Positions 13,130 to 30,119 of a stretch of DNA of 64,000 bases are shown one piece after another. A program made the translations under genes and the position numbers. The stretch comes from the human T2T-CHM13v2.0 reference genome, Homo sapiens. Under the pieces are notes generated by a model that saw only the letters and a list, made by a program, of their open reading frames with translations, searched no databases and was not told where the DNA came from. The stretch's first letter is position 1, and each line of letters starts with the position of its first letter. The stretch lies in assembly GCF_009914755.1 (NCBI RefSeq), contig NC_060926.1; one strand, given 5' to 3'.

Positions 13130-13703
13130 TGATAGTTTTCTATCATTGTTATAACCAATTATCACAAATGTAGTGGCTTAAAACAACACAAATTTATTAT
13201 CTTACAGTTCTGTTGGCTAGGAGTCCAACATTGTTCTCGCCAGGCTACCATGCTGATATCAGCAGGGCTCCATTCCTTCCTGGAGGCCCTAGGGGAGGAT
13301 CCCTTTCCCCGCTCATGTGGGTGGCTGACCACATTCATTTCTTTGGGGTTATAGAACTGAGCTGCATTTTCTTGCTGGCTGTGAGCTGAGGACCATTCCA
13401 GCTTCTGGAAGTCGCCACTTTCTGTGGCTTGTGGCTCCTTCCTCCATCCTCCAAGCCATCAAGGGAAAGTTGAATCTTTGGCATATTCCATGTTTCTGGT
13501 TACAGCCAAGGAAGGTCCTCAGCTTTCAAGGACTCATTTTATTAAACTGTGCCCAACTGGGCAATCCAGGATAATCTGCCCATCCTAAGGTCCATAACAG
13601 TATCACATCTGCAAAGTCTCTTTTGCCATGTAAAGCAGCATATTCACATGTTTTGGGGATTACAGCATGGGCATCTCTGGAGGGGCATGATTCTGCCTGC
13701 CAC
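13130..13703 (-). mobile_element. MLT1 (D/E-type) MaLR LTR
   Basis: gtggcttaaaacaacacaaatttattatcttacagttct..cacatctgcaaagtctcttttgccatgtaa..attctgcctgccac. Confidence 0.85.
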
Positions 13704-14464
13704 CTTCAACTTCTATTTCAGCTTTTACTTTGTCAGAATTTGCAGCCCACATGCACTAACTGCCGAGCATGGGCCTGGTACTTAGGAGGTGCTTAGTAAG
13801 TGCTTGTGGGGTGCATGCATGGATGTTGAGGCGTGAGAGTGCTGCCCCAGAACTTGAACCTGAGCTCTGGCAACAGACTTTCCTTCCTTCATCCTTCCTG
13901 CTCTGACAGCTGGAGCATTTACATTCTTATCCCAGCTCCTGGGAACCCAGCCCCACACCCAGGCCCTCATCTGAGATGGGTGCATGTTTCTCGCCATCTT
14001 CTCCAGTCCAGAGTTGCTGAGGGCTGAGGTCTCACGGGGTGGCAGCCTGAAGACACTGGATTTACTTACTCTTGTTTGGCTTATTTCTTAAAGCATGAAA
14101 GCAAAAATTCATAGCACAGGCTACACAGTTTAGAAATCCCTGCATAGAGTTCACAATATTCTCCTTAGATCCATTGGGGGTGTCGATGAAGAAAAATTAT
14201 AGGCTACGTGATTCAGTAAACAAGAGAGTGAATGGGGTATTGGCTTTTTCAGGCAATTAGTCAAATGCTGTGATTCCAATGGCCTGTGGTGGGGTAGAGG
14301 TTTGGTTTCTCAGAACAGTGAGGGTTCGGAGGGCCTGACAGTGACAGCATTCAAGGAGGATGTGTTTACATGATCTAAACGGGAAGAACACAACCTCCCC
14401 TCAGCTTCTCTTTCTTTCTCTTTTTAATCCTTTTCTCAATACGTATTGATTTTTCCCTCCAGGC

Positions 14465-14930
14465 AGCCATTCATTCATTTAGCAAACACTTACTGAGCAG
14501 GTGCCTAATCCCTGGCACTGAGAATACATCAGCAAACCACAGACAGTGATCCCTGCCCACGGCATTTTCATTCTCTAGGCTGCCCTACTGGGGGCCTTTC
14601 CAGTCTGTCCCAGGTGGTGGACGCTGTTAGGTACCAGGTGGTGCAAGGACATCAGACCCAGCCACTGCCTCACTGAGTTTACATGCAGTGGTGGAGGCAC
14701 AGGCTAATAGGCAGTCAGAACACATAATAACACATGGTATTATTCCACGGCCAGTCCCTGAGGGCCTGAGCACGGTGGCCTGAAACAAGCACAGGGTGAC
14801 CTGCACCTTGCTCAGCCCAAGGGCAGAATCTCGAAAGATCCATGATGTCCTAAACAAGGAAGAGGTGGAGAGTTTTCAGAAGGAAGGTCTGGTGTGTGCC
14901 TAATGCAGATGTGAGGTCAGGAACAACTGT
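14465..14930 (-). mobile_element. L2 3' fragment
   Basis: cattcattcatttagcaaacacttactgagc..ggcactgagaatac. Confidence 0.65.
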
Positions 14931-15664
14931 GATGCCTAACTTGTGCTGTCTGTCTGGGAGGCTGGGGTTGACATGAGTGGCTTGGTTAACGGTTGACTGA
15001 CAGGCAGCTGAGGTGAGATCAGTGACACTGCCTTGTCAAATCGCAGGGCAGCTGAGTGGGGTGGAGGCTCGGTTTGCTACTGGAATACCTGGGCTCAGGA
15101 GTGTGAGCAGCTGTCCTGTGTGCCATGAGGGTTCAGGGCAGTGACACTGTCTCCATCTCTGGTCACGTGGTGAATTGTGGAGACCGGACAGGAGTGAAGG
15201 GGATGAACGAAGCCGCTGCCATGAGCCCTTCCCTGGCTGTCCCACCCCTGTGTGGGGCGTGGCTCCTGCAGCCCATCTTCTTCTGTCTCCTTTCCCTTGC
15301 CAACCCCGCCTTCTCCAAGAGTCTTCAATCTGGCATCCAGCTACCTCCCAGTACTCTCTAACCAGGCAATCGTCCTATTTTTAATCTGAAATCCTTCAAG
15401 CATTTATATATCTCATTTATTTGACAGATTTGCTCTGTGTTGGATTTTACTGTCACTAAATGATTTCTCTGTTTCCTCTACATATTTATATTGTGTCTTC
15501 CTACCAAAGCAGTAAAATTCATTAAGTACAGGAGCATGTGCTGGCTTCATATAACCCAGGCTACAGAATTGAATGGCAGGCGCAGAACAGACACTTCACA
15601 CATGGTTAAAGGAGGAAGAAGCATATTCCCAGACATCAGATTGACTGATAGAAAACTGTGAGGA

Positions 15665-16100
15665 GGCCACGCCTCCTCCTCTAGGCTTATGCCTGTAATC
15701 TCAGCACTTTGGGAGGCCAAAGTGGGCAGATCACCTGAGGTCAGGAGGTTGAGACTAGCCTGGGTAACATGGTGAGACCTGGTCTCTACTAAAAATACAA
15801 AAATTAGCTGGGCATGGTGGATGACGCCTGTAATTGCAGCAACTTGGGAGGCTAAGGCAGGAGAATCACTTTAACCCGAGAGGTGGAGGTTGCAGTGAGC
15901 TGAGATCGCATCACTGCACTCCAGCTTGGGCAACAGAGAGAGACTCCATCTCAAGAAAAAAAAAAAAGAGAAGAAGAAGAAGAGGAGGAGGAAGAGGAAG
16001 AGGAAGAGAAGAAGGAAGAAGGAGAAGGAAGAAAGAAGGAAGAAGGAAGAAGAAGGAGAAGGAGAAGAAGAAGAAGAAAGAAGAAGAAGAAGAAAAGAAA
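15665..16100 (+). mobile_element. AluS/J with expanded GAA/GGA tail
   Basis: Alu body to ~15955; TSD gaaaactgtgagga at 15651 and 16101. Confidence 0.95.
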
Positions 16101-16647
16101 GAAAACTGTGAGGAGAAGAAAATTGCTTCTCCTTAAGTCCCTAGGCCTGTGCTTTCCCACAGATGAGAGGCAAGGTGCCCCGCAAGTGCAGAGCCACAGG
16201 TGAGGTGTGAGGCTCATCTCTCGTGAGTGTCTTACTCAAAGAAATGTGAGAAGTGCATTATTTTTATATTAAGACCATCTGAGATATATACTGGAGTAAA
16301 ATGCACAATTCAGATAAGTAGCTTTTTAAAAGGATAAAACTGCCACTTTACTGTCAGGAGAACCTTGAGGAGAAAATTCTGAGATGAGGTCCCTGCACAC
16401 ACCTAGGAATGCCTCCACCAGTCATGAGCCACGGCTCTCAGGCTCCTCTATGCCACAATATGTCCCTGGGAAACACATCAGCTATCTGGTGCCATTAGTG
16501 GTTTGCATTCACTTCATATTGTATTTTATGGCATTATTTTTTAAAAGAAATTTTTGATTTGACCTCAAACTTTACTCAGGGAGAGGAAATGTGTCCGAAT
16601 TTTTGCGTTTTTATGTTAATAACTCCAAGGTCTTCACAAAACTGTAA

Positions 16648-16879
<232 letters not shown>

Positions 16880-16941
16880 AAAGGTAGTTTTTAAAACAAT
16901 TTGTGAATAGATTTGAGGGGCTTTGTGGGGGAAAACCGACA

Positions 16942-17494
16942 CCGTAAATCCCCCTTATCTGTGGTTTCTGCAGTTTTGCTTCCCATGGTTTCAGTTAACC
17001 CACAGTTCACCATGATCTGAAAATATTCAATGGAAAATTTCAAAAATAAACAATTCATAATTTTTAAATTGTGCACCATTCTGAGTAGTGTAATTACATA
17101 TTAAATAGTTTCCCTCCGTTCGCCCTAAACATGACTCATCCCTTTGTCAGGCTACCTGTGCTGTAGGTACTGCCCACCTGTCATTCACCAAGTAGTGCTT
17201 TTTGTTATCAGATCCACTATTGTGGTATCGTGGTGCTTGTGTTCAAGTCACCCTTATTTTACTTAATAGTGGCCCCAATGTGCAACATTAGTGATGTTGG
17301 CATGTGGTTATAATTGTTCTATTTTATCATTAGCTACTGTTAATCTCTTATCATGCCCAATTTATAAATTGAACTTTATCATAGGTATGTTTATAAAAGA
17401 AAAAATATATACAGGATTTAGCACTACCTGTAGTTTCTGGCATCCACCAAGGGTCTTGAAAGGTATCTCCTGCAGATGGTGGGGGGGACTCCTG
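16942..17494 (+). mobile_element. MER44-type (Tigger7 derivative) DNA transposon
   Basis: TIR-like ends tcccccttatctgtgg / gggggggactcctg; internal aaaatattcaatggaaaattt..aaacaattcataa. Confidence 0.8.
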
Positions 17495-17638
17495 CACTAA
17501 GCTGCTTTTTACTAAGCATGCCCAGCACTGGAACTGCATCAGTGAACAAAACAGACCACAATCCCTGCCTCCATGGGGTTTTCAGACCGTAGGCTGACAT
17601 TGACTGAGGGCTTTAACTGTGCCTCCTGTTAACCACAG

Positions 17639-18187
17639 GCCAGCAAAACATGGTAGAAAATGATCATGACACTAATTGTATTACGTGAAATACTACAACA
17701 TAATTGTTCGAAGTCAATAATATAGGATATTGACCATTTCACCCGGCTGAACTCAGTGACTGTCATGAGGAGCATCTTTAATGTGTCTGAACCCAGGTGA
17801 AGCGCGGCTCCATTTTACAGGTGGTGAAAGACTGGGTGGGGAGGGGCAAAGAGACATGAATGGCTTGTTTATGGAAGGGTGGCTGGATGTGACACCTGGG
17901 CTGAAATATGGAATAACAACTATGAAAGGAGACAGGAAGTCAGTTCAGACCAACTTCTTTGCTTTGTTTTGGTGGCCGTGCATTAATTCAGTCACTTATT
18001 TGCTCATTTTCCACCATGTCACAAACGAGATTTGAGCCACTCCTCAGGTCAGGTACTCTTCTGAGTACTCACTAAAAGGCCTCTGAGTCTCTGCCACTCT
18101 GAAGGCGCTACAGGCAATCCATCACTGCTGCTCAGGAGGCCAATCTGCATCACACAGATGAAAAAGCCATGGTCCCTGCCTCCACAG
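17639..18187 (+). pseudogene. One or two candidate decayed exons (about 17639-17796/17820 and about 17990-18187)
   Basis: Acceptor gcctcctgttaaccacag; donors CAG|gtgaag, CAG|gtggtg and CAG|gtgcag; peptide pieces DIDHFTRLNSVTVMRSIFNV and QSITAAQEANLHHTDEKAMVP; frameshifts required. Confidence 0.3.
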
Positions 18188-18414
18188 GTGCAGGGTTAGG
18201 ATTCTCCGAAGGACCCTCTCTCCCACCTCCCTTACTTAGCCCCTTAGCTGGAGAATTCATTTCCATATCATGTAATTCACTGTATTAACAACGGCTGCCC
18301 ACATAAGTTTCTCCTTGGAAATCTGAGGAATTCTTTCTTCCCTTCCTTCTGTGCTCCTCCAAGATAGCTATGGGCTCCTAGGGCCCTCAGAAAGGTCTTT
18401 ATCATTTTCTCCAG

Positions 18415-18646
18415 GCATGTCTGAAAGACGAGTGGGGGTGAAACAATTCCTCGAGGTGTTCCCACCGGTTAGCATCCCAAAGGAGTCACTCTGGAGGCCT
18501 TTCGAGGTGTCCTGCTTCATGCAGCCATCCCACCCAGGGAGTGGGAGCTAGGCCACAGCGCGGGAGTTCACCAGCTCTAGCGGGCTCTGCACACAGGCTG
18601 GGTGCCCACTGGTCCAGCAAGATAAAATGGCACTTCAAGCAATCTG
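18415..18646 (+). pseudogene. Candidate exon (G-MSERRVGVKQFLEVFPP...QQDKMALQAI)
   Basis: Acceptor ctttatcattttctccag, donor CTG|gtattt, 232 bp with a single TAG, CpG-retaining; starts phase 1, matching the donor at 18187. Confidence 0.45.
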
Positions 18647-18841
18647 GTATTTGTACTTGTGAAGAAATAATGTGTTCAATCCCAGGACGAACTCTGCTGT
18701 GATTTTATTTTTAGGTTAAAAAAAATTGTTTCTTAAGACTAAGCATGTAGTACTATTTAAAGTATATGCAAGTTTACTTGTAATTACAGAGTGATAAAAG
18801 TCAGTCTTCTTTTTTGGAATATTTTCGTTTTTGTGGAGGTA

Positions 18842-19835
18842 CAGGCATAACTTGGAGCTATTGCGGGCATTCCAGACCACCACAATAAAGACAATATCAC
18901 ATTAAAGCAAGTCACATAAAGTTATTGGCTTCCTAGTGCATATAAAAGTTTTATTTACACCATTCTGTAGTCTATTAAATGTGCGGTAGCCTTATACCTA
19001 AAATACCAATGCACCTAGCTTGACTAAAGTTATTTTATTGCTCAAAAATGCTAACGATCATCTGGGCCTTCGGCAAGTCGTAATCTTTTTGCCGGTGGAA
19101 GGTCTTGGCTTGACATTGAAGGTCTTGCTGTGGATTACACTTTGGCTTAACGGAATGTTGTGGCTGGGTCAGTCCTCTATCCAGACCACTCAAACTTTCT
19201 TCCTCTCAGCAATAGGGTTGTTTCACTTTCTTATCATTCCTGGTGTTCACTGGAGGAGCACTTTTAATTTCCTTCAAGAACTTTTCCTTTACATTCATAA
19301 CTTGGCTAATTTTGGCACGAGAGGCCTCTCTTTCAGTCTGTCTCGGCTTTTGACACGATCTGCTCACTGAGCTAAATCACTTCTAGCTTTTGATTTAAAG
19401 TGAGAGACCTGCGACTTCCTTCCCCTTGAACATGTAGAGGCCATTGTAGGGTTATAGGTTAGTAAGCCTAATTGCCACATGGTTGTGCTTCAGGGAATAG
19501 GAAAGCCCTAGGAGAGAGAAAGGAACAGAGGATCGGATGGTTGGTGAAGTAGTCATCAACTAAGTTTACCACCTTATATGGGCATGATTTGTGGCGCCCC
19601 AAAACAATGACAGCAGTAACATCAGAGATCACTGATCACAGATCACCATAACAGATATAATAATAATGAAAATGTTAGAAATATTGATAGAATTACCAAA
19701 ATGTGACACTGAGACACCAGATGAGCTCATGGTATTGGAAAAATGGTGCCCATAGCCTTGCTCCACTGAGTTGCCGCACACCTTTAATTTGGAAAGCATG
19801 ATGTCTAGGAAACATAATAAAATAGGGTATGCCTA
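18842..19835 (-). mobile_element. Tigger1, internally deleted
   Basis: ta|caggcata..attgcggg..ttccagaccaccacaataaag at the left end and ..gggtatgcct at the right end. Confidence 0.85.
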
Positions 19836-19947
19836 TGTGCTACAGAGAGATGTTAGCATTTAAAGTGCATAGTTTTATGTATTTTGACAAATGCATATAC
19901 CTCTATAATCCACAACTGATTACGAAGCTATTACAATTAAAAAGTTT

Positions 19948-20271
<324 letters not shown>

Positions 20272-20575
20272 TTATTTTAATTACACAGAACGTTCCCTCA
20301 TGGTACCCCCTTACCATTCAATCTCAGCCACCTCCTATAGGGCAACTACCAGTCTGGTTTCTATTCCCAAAGATGGTTCTGCCTTTTTTTTAGCTTTAGA
20401 CAAATGTATTCAAAGAGAATGTGATCTTTCCTTTCTGTCTTCCTGCACTCAATGGGATACTCTTGCAGTTCATCTATGTTGTTACAGATATCAATAATTC
20501 GTACTTTTAATTGATGAATAGTATTCTATTGTATGGATAGACATACTACAATTTGTTTCTATATTCAGGAAGTGA

Positions 20576-20934
<359 letters not shown>

Positions 20935-21072
20935 ATGAATAAACTTCTTAATAAATGTTTGCATAGAGGTCTTTAATCGACACATGTTTTTTGGTCTCTA
21001 GGTTAAATATCTGGGAGGGAGATATTTTGAACATATGATAAGTGTAAGTTTTAACTTTATTTTAAAAAATTT

Positions 21073-21436
<364 letters not shown>

Positions 21437-21807
21437 TCATCAGCAACACATAAGAATTACAGTTTCCATGAATCCTCAGTAATATTTGATATTGTTCATC
21501 TTTTAAAATTTAGTCATCTAGGAGGCTTGTAGTGGTATGTTGTGTTATATGCTATTTTAATTTACATTTCCCTGACAAATAGTAACTTTGAGACTCATTT
21601 CATGTTATTATTTGCTATCTATATGTCTTTTCCTTAACTTTCTATCCAAATCTTTGCTAACATTTTTATCGAACAATTGTAATTTTCCAACTGAATTGTA
21701 AGAGTTCTTTATATGTTCTGAACATGAATCTTTATCAGCTGTGTGTTTTTGCAAATATTTTCTATAAAACTAACTTATCTTTAATGTTCTTAACAGTGCC
21801 TTTCACA

Positions 21808-22455
<648 letters not shown>

Positions 22456-22491
22456 TCCTTCAAATAAGCTTTTAATTTGCTGAAAGGCAAT

Positions 22492-22832
22492 TGTCTTGTT
22501 CTATTTAGGGTATTACAACAAAAATACCATAAATAGAGTGGCTTATAAACAACATAAATGTATTGCTCACAATTGAAGAGCTGGGCAGTCCAAGACCGAG
22601 GCACCGGCAGATTTGGTGTCTGGGGAGGGCTCTCAGGTTCATAAATGGTGCCTTCCCGTTGCGTCCTCCCAGGGTGGCCTGAGGCAAGATGGCTCCTGGG
22701 ACCTCTTTCATAAGAACAGTGCCATTATCGAGGGCTCACCCACAGGATTTCATCACCTCCCAGAGGTTTCTCCTACTAACACTATCACATTGGGAATTAG
22801 GTTTCAATGTGCAAACTTTACGGGGACACAAA
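22492..22832 (-). mobile_element. MLT1A-type LTR
   Basis: aaataccataaa..gtggcttataaacaac..atcacattgggaattaggtttcaa. Confidence 0.8.
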
Positions 22833-23584
22833 TAGCACCCAAATTTTGTTATTGTTCATGTGTTTGTGCAATTCAATCATTTGCCCAAACCAATGCTAGG
22901 GATATGTTCCTATGCTTTCTTTTAGAAATATTTTGTTTTTGGGATTTACACTTAGGTTCATGATTCATTTCAAGTTAATGTTTGTGTATGATGTAAGGTA
23001 AGGGTCACGGTGGGTTGGTTGGTTTGTTTAATCTTATGGATGATCAGCCCCACTTACTGAAAAGACTATCCTTTTGAATTGCCTTGGTACCTTCACCAAA
23101 AATCAGTTGCCCATGTATCTGTGAGTCTATTTCTAGACTTTCAGTTTAATCCTTTTATCTCTGTCTCTATCCTTAGGTAAATACTACCATGTTTTGGTTT
23201 TCAATTTTTTTGAGATGTTTTTCTTACTGACTTCTAAAAATTATTTATATATTCTGGGTACAAGCCCCTTATCAAATATGTCATTTACAAATATTCTACC
23301 ATCTTGTGAACTATCTTTTTACTCTTTTTGTGATGTCATTTGTAGTGTAGTTTTTTTATGAAGTCCAAATTTATCTTTTTTATTTTATTTTATTTGGTCA
23401 CGTCCAAGATTCCATTGCCTAATTCAAGATCATGAATATTTACTCCTATGTTTTTTCCTAAGAGATTTATAGCTTTAGTTTTTACCTTTAGATCTATGGT
23501 CCATTTTGAGTTAATTTTTTTGTATGCTATCAGGAAGGGGCATAAATTAATTATCTTGCATGTAGATATTAGATAATAGATCTA

Positions 23585-23705
23585 CAAGTAGACTTTCAAT
23601 CATCTCTAGATTACTTGTAATACCTAATACAATGTAAATGCTATGTAAATAGTTGTTACACTGTATTGTTTTTGTTTGTATTATTTATGATTGTTGTGTT
23701 GTTTA
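23585..23705 (+). mobile_element. MER2 internal fragment
   Basis: aatcatctctagattacttgtaatacctaatacaatgtaaatgctatgtaaatagttgttacactgtatt. Confidence 0.8.
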
Positions 23706-23738
23706 TAAACAGTATTTGTTTATTATAAGTATCATTTA

Positions 23739-24080
<342 letters not shown>

Positions 24081-25002
24081 TTATAAACAATACAACATGA
24101 GCATCATTTATTGAACGGACCATTTTTTCCCATTGCACTGTGTTGGCGCATTTATTAAAAAAATTGACCATAAACAAAGAGTTTATTTCCACACTCTTAA
24201 TAGTATTCTACTGATCTACATGTTCCTCCCTTACCAGCACCACAGTCTTTATTACCGTGGCTTTAGAGTAAGTTTTGAAATTGCGAAGTGCGAATTTTCC
24301 CAAGTTTGTTTCTATTTTTCAGTATTGGTTTGACTATTCTGGTGCCTTTTCAAGTCTATATTGGTATTAGAAACAGTCAGTTTTTGTTAAAAAAAAAATC
24401 CAGATGGCACCCTATTAAGCATTGTATTTTTTATAAATAGCTTTGGAAAGTATTGATATTTACTTTTCTCAATAATACGTTGTGCATTTTTTTTTAAGGC
24501 AACTAACTTGCTTCAACTTGAACTTCAAGCTTTCTCCTGGAAAGTGGTGAAATTTCACTGGTGTTCCTTAATCCTTAGTTGCTGTCTGCCTCTTGCCTGT
24601 ATGATCCCGGAGTGAGCTAGAGATTTGGTGGAGTTTATGCACAGAATTTGAGTCTCCTTCACTCTTGCTATCTTTTTCTGTTTCTGCCTCACTTTCCAGC
24701 AATTACGGTTGTTGTGACCTCTGTCTTCTCTTTTGTGTGGAAATTTTGCGTTTTGTTTGTTTTTAATCAAAGATTTAGCTGCCAAACATGGTGTTGATTT
24801 CAGTTTACTTTTGGACCAAAAGCTATGAAAACAGCATAATTAATTGCTCCGTGTGGTTCCATTTTTCCATACGACAGCTTTCTTCCACAACCAGTCTGCT
24901 TTTCTCACTCTCCGGTCCCTTTAAGTGATTTTTGGGGGACATTTTCAACTTTTAAAACTTTCTCTCAAAGATGTTTTGGTTCCAGTGGGAACTACCCATC
25001 TA

Positions 25003-25680
<678 letters not shown>

Positions 25681-25962
25681 TAACTGAAAGTTTATGTTCT
25701 CTCTTAGTGAATGCTCTTGAAAAGAATGTACAATCTTAAATTGTTGGTTTTAGAGTTCTATAAACAGACTATGCTGTTTGTTAAGTGTTATTCAAATCTA
25801 TTTTCTTAGTAATTTTTTTCTCCTTATTCAATCAATCCTGGCGGAAAGAGTATTAAGTATCTTCAACTATAATTATAGATTTGTCCATTTATCCTTTTAA
25901 TTATGTTATTTTATATTCCATAGTTTTAAAAATAACTAACAGACATTTTAAAGAAATTTTGA

Positions 25963-26312
<350 letters not shown>

Positions 26313-26409
26313 TCACCAACCCCCAACTTGTGAGGGGTTTGTAACTGAAGTCTATTTTGTGTGATATTAATATAGTTGCTCTAGTTTTCTTATAATTGAT
26401 GTTTGTGTA

Positions 26410-27022
26410 TTACTTTTCTTTTGCTACTTAATACAGTACTACAAAATTAGTGGGTTAAAACAACAATCATTATTTCAGTTTATGTAGATCAAAGTCCAGT
26501 CATAGGGTATCTGGGTTCTCTTGTCAGAGTCGTACAAAGCTAAAATCAAGATGTTAGCCAGGAATACAGTCTCATCCTCAGTTTGGGTGCCCTTCCAGGT
26601 TCATTCAAGTTGTATACAGAATTCAGTTTCTTGTGTTGTTTGACTGAGGTTCCTATTTACTTGATGGCTGTCAACTGAAGGTTGTTCTCAGCTCTTAGAG
26701 GCCACCCTCAGACCCCAGATATGCCATTCCCTATTTGGCTCTGTTTTCTTCCAGGATAGAAGGAGAAAGTCAGCTATTTTTTCTTGTATTGTTTCCTATG
26801 GTTAGGTTTTCAGGTTAGAATTACTAACCTAAAATCTATTTTTTCATCAATGCAAAATTGACTGACTAGGGATCTTAATTCTTTTGTCATGTAATGTAAC
26901 GTAATCATGGGGATGATGGCTCATCGGATTCATAGGTTCTGCCCGCAATCAATGGGAGAAGATTACGTAGGGCAGGTACAGAAGGAGTTTGGAATCTTGG
27001 GGTGGGGTCGGGGGCTTCCCTG
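26410..27022 (-). mobile_element. MLT1 LTR
   Basis: actacaaaattagtgggttaaaacaacaat..cagaattcagtttcttg..actgaggttcc. Confidence 0.7.
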
Positions 27023-28626
27023 TACTGTTTTTCACTCTCTTTTTTTCTCTTTTCCTGCTTTCTTTTGTATTAATCTAGCAATTTTAATATTCCTTTTTAT
27101 CTCCTCCACTGGTTTTTAGTGACGAGTCTTTCTTCATTTTTTTTTCAGGTTGCTCTGGAGATTGCACTATATATCTTTAAATGATCACAGCCTACTTTGA
27201 ATTAATGTTATACCATTTCATTATATAATGTGAAAATTTTAGAGCAATATAATTCAATTTCCCTCATTCTTCCCTTTCACTATTATTCATATTCCTTTTA
27301 CTTCTACATATATTATAAATCTCAAATACATTATTATCTTTTACCCAATCACCTTTTTAAAGAGATTTAAAAATGAAAAAAAAGTCACTTTTTTTTCTTT
27401 GTATCCGTAGAAGTTCTGTGTTGGGCCAAATTAGAACCTGAGGCAAAAAGAAAAAACAATAATCCTGATCCTATTTAAAATTGTAATATTTTGCTCATTG
27501 ATTTTTTGCATTAATTTTGAATTAAGACATTTATTTTTCTCTTTAGTGCTCAGTATTTCTGGCCGCCCATTAAACATGTACCTGAGACTAGTGCCTCCCT
27601 TGCTTGGCCCTGATTCCAGCCTTAGTAAACATTTTCTTATTTGGGTGACGGGTATTACAGATGATATATTTTGAGTCTCTATTATATAGTCTCCCATGAA
27701 AGAGTGCTGAGTTTTTTCGGACAGGCAGTTCATTTCATGGAGGCTCACCCTGATCCTGCTGAGGTTTGTTCAGGCTGTGTTAGGGTGGTTCTGGGCAGCT
27801 CCTTCCTGCTAAGGCACTCTCTGGGGTCTAGCCCGGATGCTTGGCATGTTCAGCGAGGCCTGGCTACTCTGCTGGGTATGGATTCCAGCATCTCCCATTC
27901 CTGGAAACCTCAAGTATTTTCATTCATCCCTTGGCCTCTTAGGCCTCAATCTGCTCATTCACAGTTTTGTACTCAGCAAAGAGCTGAGGGGCCCCCTTCC
28001 TAGATTTCTGTGGCTCTTTTTCTATGTAACTTCCATCCCACTTGCACTCTGTCTCATAAATTCCATCCATTATAGTTAGCCTCAAGGTCATTCCCTTAAC
28101 CAGCTCCTGTTCTCTGTGCCAGGAAACACACAAGAACATTTTAGAAAGTTTCCCAGGCAGAAAGCTGGGTGAAAATATGAAGCTCACTACATGATTTTTT
28201 TCTATCTCAAGAATAACATCCCTGCCCTGCCTGTCATATATTGCTGCAGTTAATCCATTTATTTTGCCAGTTTAGTAGCCATTTAGGAGAAATATAACTG
28301 TGCTATTTGTATTTTGCCAGAGCTGGATTGCCTCTTGAACTTCTCAAAGCGAAAGAGCACACTAGAAAGCCATGGTTCCTTTAACTAGAAAATGTGCAAG
28401 TGTTGACCAGGGTCCTAGGTGTCGTGTCAATTATATGAGGACTGATAGCCCAGGAAGGTAGTGAGAGGCCCTTCCCCTCACACCAAGTCCTGGGTAGATT
28501 AAGCAAGAGGCAGGTAGAAGGGCTGATCTCTCTTCTATGACTCCCATCAACACTCAAAAAGAGGCCAACCTCCTAAAAGATGAGTGCAAAGACTTCTTCT
28601 GTTTTTTTTTTTTTCCATTCACCCAG

Positions 28627-28805
28627 CTCAGGTCTGGATGTCCTGCTGGTTCCTGGGAAGGAGTTATGGATCCTCTTCTGGAATACTCCCATTGCATCTG
28701 AGTAAAAGCCAACTTGTCCCCATACCTGCAATCACATATGGATACCATGCCCTGAGGTCCCTTCTTGCTGCATTCCAGCTGAGTTCAGCAGGGTGCTGAA
28801 CACAG
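28627..28805 (+). pseudogene. Candidate exon (QVWMSCWFLGR...YHALRSLLAAFQLSSAGC*TQ); may start further upstream (~28550)
   Basis: Acceptor tttttttttccattcacccag, donor CAG|gtcagc, 179 bp with one TGA; lies in a unique island. Confidence 0.4.
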
Positions 28806-29059
28806 GTCAGCCAGGCCTGTCCCCATGGAGACAGATTAACACCCAGACATTCTTGGGGAATCCCCCAAATGTGCACTTCTCCCTTCCTTTTTCTCTAGTA
28901 TAGTTTAACCCTTCTCTTCTTTCCTCTTTTGCTATAATTGTTTTCTTTCCTTTTTTCTTCCTACATAGCTGGTTCAATTCATTATTCCTAATATAATGTG
29001 TTTACTCTGTCCTCTGTCCTGGACTTCCCTGGGTAATACAAGACATAGGAAATACATTA

Positions 29060-29270
29060 TAATAATAGTTTCTATATTTGTATAATACTTGATACTTAGC
29101 AAAATGCATATACCTTGTCTAATTGAACTTCTCACACGTAGGGCAAATATTATTATTCACTTTAACAGACAGGGCTCAGAGACATAAAATAGTTCATAAA
29201 GCTATTTCATGATGCCAGTAGGTGTTCAAAACTGGGAATTAATTTATGTATCCTGGTTAAAACTTTGACG
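29060..29270 (-). mobile_element. MIR fragment
   Basis: attattattcactttaacagacag..ggctcagag. Confidence 0.55.
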
Positions 29271-30119
29271 CGAATTCAACTGTATTCCATGACATTGTTA
29301 ATGCCATTATATCAATTTTGTTATATTTGTGAAGTTTGGTATATTTCTCAAACACATTAAATTTTTAACATTTTTTCTAAATTTTAATAGCTTTAAGGAT
29401 ACAAATGGTCTTTGATGACATGGATGAATTGGATAGTGGTGAAGTCTACGATTTTAGTGCACCCATCTCCTTAGTAGTATACATTGTACCCTATTAATTT
29501 TGTAGCATTTATTCCCCTTCAATCTTCCCACTTCTGAGACTCCAATGTCCAGTATACCACCCTGTATGCCTTTGCATACTCTTAGCTTAGCTCCCATTTG
29601 TAAGTGAGAACATGTGGTATTTGGTTGTTGATTCCTGAGTTAATTCATTTAGAATAATGGCCTCCATCAAGTTTCATCAAGTTGCTGCAAAAAACATGAT
29701 TTCATTCTTTTTTATGGTTAAGTAGTATTCCATGGAATATATATACCTCATTTTCATTAGTCATCAGTTGATGGGCACTTAGGTTGATTCCATATATTTA
29801 CAATTTTAAATTGTGCTGTGATAAACATATGTGTGCAGTTGCCTTGTTGATATAATGACTTCTTTTCTTTCCCACCAGGAGTGGGATTGCTGGATTGAAT
29901 GGTAGATTTAATTTGGTTCTTTGAGAAATCTCCATACTGTTTTCCATAGAGGTTGTACTAATTTACGTTCCTACTAGCAGTGTCTAAGCATTCTTTTTTC
30001 ACCATATCCCTGCCAACTTCTGTTGTTTATTGACTTTTTATTAATGTCCATTCTGGCCAGGGTAAGGTGGTGTCTCATTGTAGTTTTAATTTGCGTTTCC
30101 CTGATAAGGGATGTTGAGC

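Noticed and set aside
14420-14462. Strong splice acceptor ttccctccag
   Set aside because: Followed immediately by L2 sequence with no matching donor or frame
15834-16217. K/E/R-rich and S/F-rich ORFs
   Set aside because: Translation of the Alu GAA tail
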